Assembly (NCBI GenBank): GCA_002708985.1
Contig: PAPS01000018.1
Coordinates: forward strand, 263 to 64,262
Direction: 5' to 3'
DNA: 64,000 bases
Source of the DNA: Saprospirales bacterium
GTDB taxonomy: Bacteria > Bacteroidota > Bacteroidia > Chitinophagales > UBA8649
Position numbers and translations under genes: made by a program. Numbering within the stretch: position 1 is the stretch's first letter; each line of letters opens with the position of its first letter. The notes beneath the pieces are model-generated. The model saw only the letters and a list, made by a program, of their open reading frames with translations, made no database searches and was not told where the DNA came from. This document shows positions 47,050 to 55,281 of this stretch, piece after piece.

Positions 47050-48420
47050 TTATTGCGGTGGCGGTGGTGGAGTTTCCCCTGCTGGTGGAGGAGGTGGTGG
47101 TGGGGGCGGGGTAGCAAATAACGGAGCGAGCTCTTGAACTTCTCCGGCTAATGCCCAATTAGCCATTCCTTGCTTCCACACATGTGTTTCTTTTGTAAGC
47201 TGACCACTCTGACTGAGCTGTTGTAGCTGCTGCCATTCAAATGGACCACTTTGCTGGCCATTGACCGATATATTGTACTGTACCTGAGGTGGTGGTGGGG
47301 GCGTCTGATTTGGCTGATTCATACCCTGCATCATGTTACCCATCATGCCTGCCATTCCTGAACCTACTGCGCCACCCATAGCCATGCTTGCCATCATAGA
47401 GCCTGGATCCATACCTCCCCCTGCTCCGGTACCGCCACCACTGCCCATTTTTCCTAAGCTTTCTGCAGCGGTTTTGGCAACATCGGTTTGTTGATTGAGT
47501 TGATGGGCACCCATAAAGTTGGTCTCTGTTTGAAGTTTTTGTGCTCGTTGGGCCTCTTCTCTTTGAATACGCAATGCCTCTGACATATTTTCTGCATTAA
47601 TCTCTTGTGTGTCCTTCAGATTCTTGATATTGACGTCGGTCTGCGCCGTGATGGTTTTGCTCGTTTGATCAGCTGTTACCTTACGCAGTTCAGCATATCC
47701 TGCAGATTCTTTATCCACTTCAAGCGTAGCAATGTCAAGCCCCTTCATGTTTACACCGAAATCATTGACTAGTCGGCTGCCTAAGTAATTGGCGACAAGG
47801 TCATTAATCTCTAGAATTTTGCGTTCCATTTGTATGACTGGGATGCCATTATCTGCCGGGATATTGGTAACCACGGCTTTAATATATTTCGTTACCGCAT
47901 CTTTTACCTGTTTTTTGAAATCATCAAGTTCAAAGTTGATTAGGCGATTCAATTTTATAAAGCCCTTATAATCTGTCACATTAAACGTTAGGGTTCCCCT
48001 GACCGCCATAGGAACTGCAAAGTCAGCAAATCGCGGATCAAAAACATCGAAGTAAGGAATTCCAAAGCGTATCTGTACATTCCCAGAAAGATTGATGAAG
48101 TAAATCTCGGCTTGAAATGGTGAAGCACCTCCAAAGGCTGTCCCAACAAGGCTGGTTAAGATTGGAAAGTTGGCCGTTTGGATGGTTTGATCATGAGGGC
48201 CCATGATGTAGTCTTGGTTCTCTCCATCTTTTTGGGGATAGACAAATACCGCCATTTCTCCATCCTTGACGCGTAAACTACTTCCATAACGTATGGCGTT
48301 CTCTTTGTTTGTGGAGTTTGCCTCTCCAGAGGGTCTCCACTTCCACACGAGGTATTCTTGCTCATCACATCGGATGACGTCCATCATCCCACCTTCTTTT
48401 TTATTTCCAAATAGTCCCAT
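47050..48420 (-). CDS. SPFH protein of the YdjI/COG4260 (Band_7_1) type fused to a coiled coil, a Gly/Met-rich segment and a GYF_2 domain flanked by polyproline
   Basis: MGLFGNKK...LVWKW..., GGASPFQAEIYFIN, and GTLTFNVTDYKGF. The GYF_2 region is YNISVNGQQSGPFEWQQL...HVWKQGMANWA. The tail is PPPPPPPPPAGETPPPPPQ. Confidence 0.75.
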   Translation of the reverse strand: MGLFGNKKEGGMMDVIRCDEQEYLVWKWRPSGEANSTNKENAIRYGSSLRVKDGEMAVFVYPQKDGENQDYIMGPHDQTIQTANFPILTSLVGTAFGGASPFQAEIYFINLSGNVQIRFGIPYFDVFDPRFADFAVPMAVRGTLTFNVTDYKGFIKLNRLINFELDDFKKQVKDAVTKYIKAVVTNIPADNGIPVIQMERKILEINDLVANYLGSRLVNDFGVNMKGLDIATLEVDKESAGYAELRKVTADQTSKTITAQTDVNIKNLKDTQEINAENMSEALRIQREEAQRAQKLQTETNFMGAHQLNQQTDVAKTAAESLGKMGSGGGTGAGGGMDPGSMMASMAMGGAVGSGMAGMMGNMMQGMNQPNQTPPPPPQVQYNISVNGQQSGPFEWQQLQQLSQSGQLTKETHVWKQGMANWALAGEVQELAPLFATPPPPPPPPPAGETPPPPPQ

Positions 48421-49166
48421 TATTTAATTTTTAGAGTTGAAGCATATTGGTTAATTTCTTCTAATGTTTTTTTGTCATCCTTCATAGAAAATCTTGCCTT
48501 CATGATAACTTGTTCGCATTTCGCATGCCACACATTGACAAAGGTATTATGCACTTTGTTTTCAGGCTTTTCAGCTGTAAAAAAGTTTCCTTTTTTCTGC
48601 GCTCTTGGTAGTGCGAGTGAAAGGAATTCAAGCATATCTTCTTTGGTGGTAGGGATGGGAAAATTTGATATAATAGCCATTTTTTTTCGGTCTACCTTGC
48701 CAGGTCCTGATATATCAGAAAGTACGTCTGAGAAAGCCCCTCCAATCGCTGAGAATGGATTGTCCGTTTGTTTTTCCATGACTCTCATATCCTCGGCTTC
48801 ATTGAGCATCTTAAATAGACGTTCAATGGATGAGTTGGCATCGACATTGGTAAATGCATGGTTGCAGTAACCGCAACTTGTTTTAAATGATTCTACCATG
48901 GCGCCACATGAAGGACATTTTTTTACATCACCATATTTGTCTGACTTGGGTGCTGCAGGGGCCGGAGAAGGAGTAGGTGGGGGCGGAGCACTGACTTGCA
49001 TCGCCTGCTTTTTTTCAAACAGTCTTGCATCGAGCACCATTTCAAACTCATCCAAGTCGATGCCCATGGCTTCGGCTTTTTTAAAGAGAACTTGTTTTTC
49101 TTTTTCGGTGAGTTCTCCATCCATAAGGGCCATTTCGATAAGCTTTTCTATTTGTTCGTTGTACAT
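48420..49166 (-). CDS. TerB-like helical motif plus zinc-ribbon protein
   Basis: MALMDGELTEKEKQVLFKKAEAMGID, then the Pro-rich linker SAPPPPTPSPAPAAP, then KCPSCGA...CGYCNH. The stop overlaps the SPFH start as TAATG. Confidence 0.5.
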   Translation of the reverse strand: MYNEQIEKLIEMALMDGELTEKEKQVLFKKAEAMGIDLDEFEMVLDARLFEKKQAMQVSAPPPPTPSPAPAAPKSDKYGDVKKCPSCGAMVESFKTSCGYCNHAFTNVDANSSIERLFKMLNEAEDMRVMEKQTDNPFSAIGGAFSDVLSDISGPGKVDRKKMAIISNFPIPTTKEDMLEFLSLALPRAQKKGNFFTAEKPENKVHNTFVNVWHAKCEQVIMKARFSMKDDKKTLEEINQYASTLKIK

Positions 49167-49182
49167 AGTTTAAATATATCTA

Positions 49183-51072
49183 TTATTTGACTGCCTTTTC
49201 CAAGGGAAACTCTTGCCTTCTTATTTCTTCAGTAACGCTCAGAACTTGGTCGCTTGCTGTACGAGTGATTTCGAAAAGATTTTCCTCAATGATTGTCTTT
49301 GAGTTGATTTCAGAATCATTTTCAAAAGTCAATACTGGAAGTTCATCACTTTTCTTGTAAAATGCAATGTAATCCTTATGATATATTTCCTTAGAATAAC
49401 CTGATCGATATTGTTTATTTATGAATGTTTCCTTAGTATTAATAGTGAAGTTTATTTTGGAGTTGAGCGGTATTTGAAATCCATAAATATTGCTTAGGAT
49501 ATGTTCTTGGGCTAAAGCACTATAGCCTTCATCAAGCGACTGACCTTCATTGTTGAACGTGAAACTATGTTCGCCATCATCAAGCCTATCCAGCGAATCC
49601 TTATTATCTTTTATGAAACTTAGTGTGGCTTCATGATTTGGTCCAAACTCTAGAATTTCTGAATCATTCTGTTCAATCAGCAAGTTAGTGATTTGTGATT
49701 TTAGCTCCTCATTTTCATAGGATGATTCATTGTTATAAATTAAAGCCGCGGAATCAATTTTACCCTGATCGATAAGGCTAGTAATAAATCGATTAACGAC
49801 ATCATCATATAGACCATCATCCCACTGCATACTATCATTTTGATATAAACTAATGGTTGCATAAGCTGAATTCTCTTGGTTTTCGTCTACGAGCGATTGA
49901 ACGTATTTGTTGATGATTATATTGAAAAGAGTTGCATCATTAAAGAGCTCTTGATCTATGTATAGATTAAGAGCTTGTAGATAGTTTTCTGACGGGATTT
50001 CACTGTAGGATGTTGTTGATACATCTTGGTCATAACCCCAACCGCCATTGTTATAAGAATCATTTCTGCTCCAATTATCAGGATTAAGATAGTTGTTAAT
50101 CTCTTTTCTAAGTGTTTCTATCTCAAGCGCTAATCGTTCCTCCGCTTCTCTTTTTTCTCGGGCTATGCGCTGATCTTTTGTTTCCTGCTCTACAAGTTCA
50201 ATAATGTTGAAAGCATCCCATAGGTAACTATGATAATAATCTTGGGTAGCCGAGAGGTCTCCTGGGGTTGCTCCTGGGAAGTTGTAGTCCATAAAACTCG
50301 ATTTATAATTATCGTAGATCCCGTAGTGTCGGGTGTATTGAAATGTATAGGGTATATTTTCGAGTGTAGCCGTATCTTGATTTTGCATGGCATTCGATAT
50401 TTGGCTGAAGTAGGCAATTTGCTCTTCACTTGCCTCTTCTCGTTCTGTAATCTCTCCTGTCTGGGTGTTTTTTGAGATGTAACTGAGCTGAAATCCGTTA
50501 TCATAGGTAATCGTAGTCCTCCATTTACCCTCCAAAAAGACAATATCTCCGTCGAGTAATCCCTTGTCATTCATTTTTCCTGTTATGGAAAAGTCTCGTG
50601 TTTTGTAGCTAAAGCTTCCGCTACCTACGTTATTTACAAAACTTACTGATTTCGCTTCTCCAGACTCTGTAATACTCCAAAGACCGTTGGCGTACCCCAT
50701 TGCGTAGTCCGTTTTGCAGGTGGCTGACGAGGTTCTTCCCGATTCTGTGAAAGAATATGTAGTCGTAAAGTCTCCGTTTCGTAAATGATCCTTGTAGGTA
50801 CCTTTAACGGATACTTTTATCTTATCTCCTGTACTTCTGCCATCCCATGTGCTGATGTTTTTAGTTACATCATAACGAAAACTTCCGTCATATAAACGAT
50901 TGCCTTCCTCATCTTCGTAATAGCTATAGGTAGCCCTGCCGGTAGTAAATTCAAGACTTATTTGTGACCCACTACCTGATGCTGTGTATTCTCCGGTGTA
51001 GGTTTTGCGAGATTGAGCATACGTGGTTAAGGAAAAGAGAGCTAAGACTATGAGGGTTATTTTTGATTTCAT
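49183..51072 (-). CDS. Secreted 629-aa protein of unknown family
   Basis: Signal peptide MKSKITLIVLALFSLTTYAQ. The N-half is G/T/Y-rich and beta-like (weakly MORN-like). The C-half is acidic and helical. Confidence 0.5.
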   Translation of the reverse strand: MKSKITLIVLALFSLTTYAQSRKTYTGEYTASGSGSQISLEFTTGRATYSYYEDEEGNRLYDGSFRYDVTKNISTWDGRSTGDKIKVSVKGTYKDHLRNGDFTTTYSFTESGRTSSATCKTDYAMGYANGLWSITESGEAKSVSFVNNVGSGSFSYKTRDFSITGKMNDKGLLDGDIVFLEGKWRTTITYDNGFQLSYISKNTQTGEITEREEASEEQIAYFSQISNAMQNQDTATLENIPYTFQYTRHYGIYDNYKSSFMDYNFPGATPGDLSATQDYYHSYLWDAFNIIELVEQETKDQRIAREKREAEERLALEIETLRKEINNYLNPDNWSRNDSYNNGGWGYDQDVSTTSYSEIPSENYLQALNLYIDQELFNDATLFNIIINKYVQSLVDENQENSAYATISLYQNDSMQWDDGLYDDVVNRFITSLIDQGKIDSAALIYNNESSYENEELKSQITNLLIEQNDSEILEFGPNHEATLSFIKDNKDSLDRLDDGEHSFTFNNEGQSLDEGYSALAQEHILSNIYGFQIPLNSKINFTINTKETFINKQYRSGYSKEIYHKDYIAFYKKSDELPVLTFENDSEINSKTIIEENLFEITRTASDQVLSVTEEIRRQEFPLEKAVK

Positions 51073-51084
51073 ATGGAAAATATT

Positions 51085-51104
51085 TTATGGAATTAAAATA
51101 CCAT
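51085..51104. promoter_or_regulatory. Second copy of the ttatggaatt...aataccat motif, 13 nt upstream of the 629-aa gene start
   Basis: See 21912..21937. The tatgg/ccata arms are separated by 10 nt. Confidence 0.3.
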
Positions 51105-51274
51105 AAATCCATCATTAAATACTGTCTAAAGCTTTTTGTTTTGTATTTAATTATCAAGGCCATAAAGAAAGGCCGCTATGCAATGGCAGTCTTTTTTCTT
51201 GTAGTACTCCAACCATAATCAATAATTACACGGTATAATCTTTTGCTAACCTATACTTTACCGATATTTACTAC

Positions 51275-52303
51275 ATGAGTAAAACAATTGATCTACGTTC
51301 CGATACCGTTACTCGGCCTACGCCCGGCATGCTTGAGGCCATGATGCGCGCCTCTGTCGGAGATGATGTTTTTCATGAGGACGAAACGATAAAAGCGCTA
51401 GAGGCGGAATGCGCTAGTCTTTTTGGTATGGAGGGAGGCTTATTTTGTCCAAGTGGTACAATGTGTAATCAAATTGCCATTAAGGCACACACTCGGCCAA
51501 TGGATGAGGTGATATGTGATCATTTAAGCCACATTTATTACTACGAGACGGGTGGCTATGCATTTAACTCAGGGTGTTCGATAAAGCTTATACAAGGTGA
51601 CCGTGGACGGGTAACCGCTGAACAAGTTAAGGCCTCGATTCAGCCTGATAATGATTGGTTACCCATATCAAGGCTTGTAGTATTGGAAAACACTTGTAAT
51701 AAAGGAGGCGGAACCTGTTACGATTATGATGAAATTGAACGGATTGGGGATGTATGTCATGAATATGGTTTAGCTCTCCATCTTGATGGCGCAAGAATAT
51801 TTAATGCCTTAGTAGCTACAGACACATCTGCCAAAGTGCTCCACGGTAAATTTGATAGTATTTCAGTATGTCTTTCCAAGGGCTTAGGAAGTCCTATTGG
51901 ATCGGTATTATTGGGTGACACATCTTTTATAAAATATGCTCGAAAAATTCGCAAGGCCTTTGGTGGTGGAATGCGACAAGTGGGCTATTTAGGTGCTGCC
52001 GGACTCTATGCATTAGAGCACCATGTTGATCGTTTAAAAGATGACCACAACAAGGCTAGAAGGATACAATCGATGTTAGCGGAGCAGGACTACATAGACT
52101 CAGTAAGTCCAGTATCTACAAACATTGTCTTAGCGGATGTTACGACAGCTTATTCAGTGCAAAGTGTACTTAATCATTGGAAGGATAAAGGACTTTTGGC
52201 AGTTCCCTTCGGGCCTCAAACCATTCGACTTGTCACCCACCTTGATGTTGCAGAGGACGATATGTTTTTGCTAGAGGAAATTTTCAACTCCACACATAAA
52301 TAG
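51275..52303 (+). CDS. ltaE: Low-specificity L-threonine aldolase
   Basis: DLRSDTVTRPT...DDVF.EDET...GTMCNQIA...SKGLGSPIGS (PLP Lys context). Confidence 0.85.
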   Translation: MSKTIDLRSDTVTRPTPGMLEAMMRASVGDDVFHEDETIKALEAECASLFGMEGGLFCPSGTMCNQIAIKAHTRPMDEVICDHLSHIYYYETGGYAFNSGCSIKLIQGDRGRVTAEQVKASIQPDNDWLPISRLVVLENTCNKGGGTCYDYDEIERIGDVCHEYGLALHLDGARIFNALVATDTSAKVLHGKFDSISVCLSKGLGSPIGSVLLGDTSFIKYARKIRKAFGGGMRQVGYLGAAGLYALEHHVDRLKDDHNKARRIQSMLAEQDYIDSVSPVSTNIVLADVTTAYSVQSVLNHWKDKGLLAVPFGPQTIRLVTHLDVAEDDMFLLEEIFNSTHK

Positions 52304-52322
52304 CTTATTGTAAAGGAGAAAA

Positions 52323-53072
52323 CTAGCCTTTTTTTAATGCTTTAATAACAAGGTTAGGCGTGTAGGAAACGGCAGATGTTCTTCTACCCGTGGCAAATAG
52401 TGCAATCTTCAATGCAGTTTTTACCGTTATCCATACAAGCTTTCGAAGGACATTCTTTGCCAGCCCTTTGACTCTCAATGAGGAGGGATATATGGATACC
52501 TCTTGTGCACCACAAGTTAAAAGGAGCTGAATCGCTGAATGTTTGTTTAGGAACACACCGTGGGTGAAGTCACCGAAGGCGTAAAAACTGCCAATCGGTG
52601 CATCGATATTTGGTGTTCTAATAATAAGTACACCTTGCGGATTAAGCTGGCTAGTCATTTTTTTAAGAAGCTCTACGAGCTCTTCCTTATCGAAATGTTC
52701 AATGAAATCAATGGCAAAAATGCAGTCATAGGTATCTTCCCTATCTAAAGCAGTTTGCACGTCACATAATTCAACGGATACGCCGAGATCCTTGGCTCGT
52801 TGAACTTGTTCTGGACTAGTATCTATTGCTTTTACATTCTTGTAGCCTTTATGTTGAAGCCAGTGGCATAAACTGCCGTAGCCCGCTCCCAAATCAAGAA
52901 TTGATACAGAGCGATTTACAGGTAGTAAATGCGAAAGCTCGTCCATGTAGATCTTGTAATCCCACTCGAGTTTTTTCTCAAGGCTGTTCGATAGTGTATT
53001 TCTCCCAGCTTGTCGTTGGAAGTAAACTTCATAAAAGGTGTCTCTGTATGGCATGAGAGAGGAAAGATACAA
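52323..53072 (-). CDS. Class I SAM-dependent methyltransferase
   Basis: ILDLGAGYGSL SAM motif followed by AIDTS.... Confidence 0.75.
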   Translation of the reverse strand: MYLSSLMPYRDTFYEVYFQRQAGRNTLSNSLEKKLEWDYKIYMDELSHLLPVNRSVSILDLGAGYGSLCHWLQHKGYKNVKAIDTSPEQVQRAKDLGVSVELCDVQTALDREDTYDCIFAIDFIEHFDKEELVELLKKMTSQLNPQGVLIIRTPNIDAPIGSFYAFGDFTHGVFLNKHSAIQLLLTCGAQEVSIYPSSLRVKGLAKNVLRKLVWITVKTALKIALFATGRRTSAVSYTPNLVIKALKKG

Positions 53073-53096
53073 TAGCCAAAAATCTTATAAAAACAA

Positions 53097-53126
53097 GAAG
53101 GCCCTCTTGGGGAGGGCCTTCGTTTT
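53097..53126 (-). terminator. GC-rich hairpin terminator after the cupredoxin/T9SS gene (T-runs on both strands)
   Basis: aaggccctc-ttggg-gagggcctt, followed by cgtttt on the plus strand and by cttgttttt on the minus strand. Confidence 0.6.
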
Positions 53127-53193
53127 GGTTCGGTGCGTCGTAGCTTGATTTAAAGGATTTTTAAACCGTGCCAAACAAATATCTATTTCAGCG

Positions 53194-55134
53194 CTATTTC
53201 ACAATGAACATTGCATTGAATGTAGTATTATTCGTACTTAAAGTCAAGATATATTGGCCATTTGTTAGCGCAGAGACATTAAAATTGACAAACCCATTAG
53301 TGATTTCGGTTTTGCCGTAGTCGAGCTGTTTACCTGAAAGGTCATTTATTGAGAAGTTTGCCTCTGCATTGATATTCTCGCGTAACATTACTGTAAGCTG
53401 GCTTATGGCAGGAATAGGGAATGCTAAAATGTTAATAGATTCGATTTGTTCAATGCTCGATGTTGGATTCAGTGAAAAATCTGTATCAAAACGAGGAAGA
53501 ATCTGATAGCCCTCCGTACGCGGAGCAGATGGATCAAACTGAGAACCGATACCGACAACATCAAAGCTACCCTGTAGGGTAAGCACATTATTAAAGATCA
53601 CTTCGCGGTTGGCATCAATTCGAATATCATAAGTATTGCTTCCGTCCGTAGCATTTACATTAAAACTTGATCCGGATGCAACGTCCCATAGTCCTTGTAG
53701 ACTAAGGTTGTTGATTCGGATTAGTTCTGCTTCTTCAACCTCTCCGAGAGGACCTGTAACTACAGTAGTGTCATAGTTGCTGCTCACTCCTCCTTGGAAA
53801 AGGTTGTTCAAGAACGAAAGTCTTGTAACACCACTCGACATGGTAATGCGTCCTGCAACAACCACAGAATCTCCCACGGTGGGCATGTAACTAATGGATG
53901 AATCTGGGGTATATACCCAAATACTTCCGGTACCATCGGTCATTGAAAATTCAACTCCATCGAATCCTTCTCTAAAATCCGGACTTGTCACAACGCCTTT
54001 CAGGGTATGGGTGTTGCCAAAGGAGTCAACATCTCCGTTAGCATTAACCGAGGTGACAGCACCAATTGTTGCATCTGGATACGTAACAAGATTAACACAT
54101 TGTCCTGAAGGACTTGCTGTAATATCAATATTGTAGTAGGGTTGAAGCTGATATCCAGTATTGTACGGCGTGTTAAAGGTAAATTGTCCGACCGTTCCTT
54201 GGATATCAACTGTATCAGAACTAGGTGCTGACGCTGAAAATAATTCGGTATTATTATCAATCCTAATAACATATGAATTACCTGCGTTATCGATTGCATC
54301 AACATTAAAACCAGCACTGACTGCAGGATCTGGCGGCGAGGAAGGCCAGTCGGAAGTGTCCAACACCAAACAACTGACTTTTACAAACTGAGATTCAATA
54401 TCCTCTCTAAGCTCTTGATTGTAATTCTCTGCGACAATAGTTGGAGGAGTATTATCTACAATAGTAATCGTTGCTACCATTTGGGGATGGTATTCACAGA
54501 TGTAGTAGTATGTGCCTGGAGTACTGGGAATCCACTCTATAACTCCCGATACCGCACCATTATTTGGGATAGCAGGGATTTCAGTAGGTGGTAAAACACC
54601 CGTTGTCGAAAGCACGAATGGATGTCCTGGCGCACCAACATTAAAAGTTAGTGTATCACCTAAATATGCTAGTAACGAAGGGTCATTGCCATTTACTGAA
54701 CCTGCTCTATCAGCACCTACAACAGTGTAGTTGAACATGCTAGACGCGGAGACATCATAGGTATGATTTTCAGGCGTGGTGGTTTGAACTTCGTACATCG
54801 TATCGATTAATACTTGAGTTAGCCCATTGTAAAATCCGATTTCTCCTCTAACTACAACCAAATCTCCGCGATTTACATTGTAGCCAAAGTTGTTGGTGCT
54901 ATTAAATGCACTTATTCCACCTGATGAATCTTGCATACCAAAAAGTAATCCAGGAGGTCGGAAATTCCCGCTGTTTACAATACCTCTTAATTCGACAAAG
55001 GCTCCTGAACTGTCAGGTTCTCCAGTTGAACTCGTCGTATTTATTTCATTAATAAAATAGGGCACGTATTGCGCGAAACTTACACTTACATTGAGCGCGA
55101 GTGCAGTTAAAAGGGTAGGTATAAAATATTTCAT
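53194..55134 (-). CDS. T9SS-secreted multidomain protein: LTD/OB-like modules with an inserted cupredoxin domain
   Basis: Start moved to MKYFIPTLL (signal peptide). Cupredoxin ligands are GAPGHPF ... YYYICEYHPQM. OB-like segments are RGDLVVVRGEIGFYNGLTQV and VGDSVVVAGRIT. The C-terminus is T9SS-type. Confidence 0.65.
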   Translation of the reverse strand: MKYFIPTLLTALALNVSVSFAQYVPYFINEINTTSSTGEPDSSGAFVELRGIVNSGNFRPPGLLFGMQDSSGGISAFNSTNNFGYNVNRGDLVVVRGEIGFYNGLTQVLIDTMYEVQTTTPENHTYDVSASSMFNYTVVGADRAGSVNGNDPSLLAYLGDTLTFNVGAPGHPFVLSTTGVLPPTEIPAIPNNGAVSGVIEWIPSTPGTYYYICEYHPQMVATITIVDNTPPTIVAENYNQELREDIESQFVKVSCLVLDTSDWPSSPPDPAVSAGFNVDAIDNAGNSYVIRIDNNTELFSASAPSSDTVDIQGTVGQFTFNTPYNTGYQLQPYYNIDITASPSGQCVNLVTYPDATIGAVTSVNANGDVDSFGNTHTLKGVVTSPDFREGFDGVEFSMTDGTGSIWVYTPDSSISYMPTVGDSVVVAGRITMSSGVTRLSFLNNLFQGGVSSNYDTTVVTGPLGEVEEAELIRINNLSLQGLWDVASGSSFNVNATDGSNTYDIRIDANREVIFNNVLTLQGSFDVVGIGSQFDPSAPRTEGYQILPRFDTDFSLNPTSSIEQIESINILAFPIPAISQLTVMLRENINAEANFSINDLSGKQLDYGKTEITNGFVNFNVSALTNGQYILTLSTNNTTFNAMFIVK

Positions 55135-55281
55135 AAGTCTAATTGACCTAAATATATTAAATGAGTTTGGTGTCCTGTCTATCGGAGGATTATCATATTG
55201 TAAACAAAATGTGCTACGCGTGGATAAGTCTACTACATTTGCAATGCAATGCAAGATTCTTCGATAAAGAGTTATCCTGTG

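Noticed and set aside
47053-47110. GGT/GGA/GGG-rich tract (ggtggcggtggtggag...ggtggaggaggtggtggtgggggcgggg) that looks like a simple-sequence repeat capable of phase variation.
   Set aside because: It is the antisense of the polyproline tail codons. It uses mixed Pro codons rather than a perfect unit repeat, so slippage-based switching is unlikely.
55135-55281. Looked for riboswitches: preQ1 upstream of queE, and FMN upstream of ribD (29071..29102) and ribH (59020..59039).
   Set aside because: The ribD and ribH leaders are far too short. I could not recognise the conserved preQ1 aptamer core in the queE leader.
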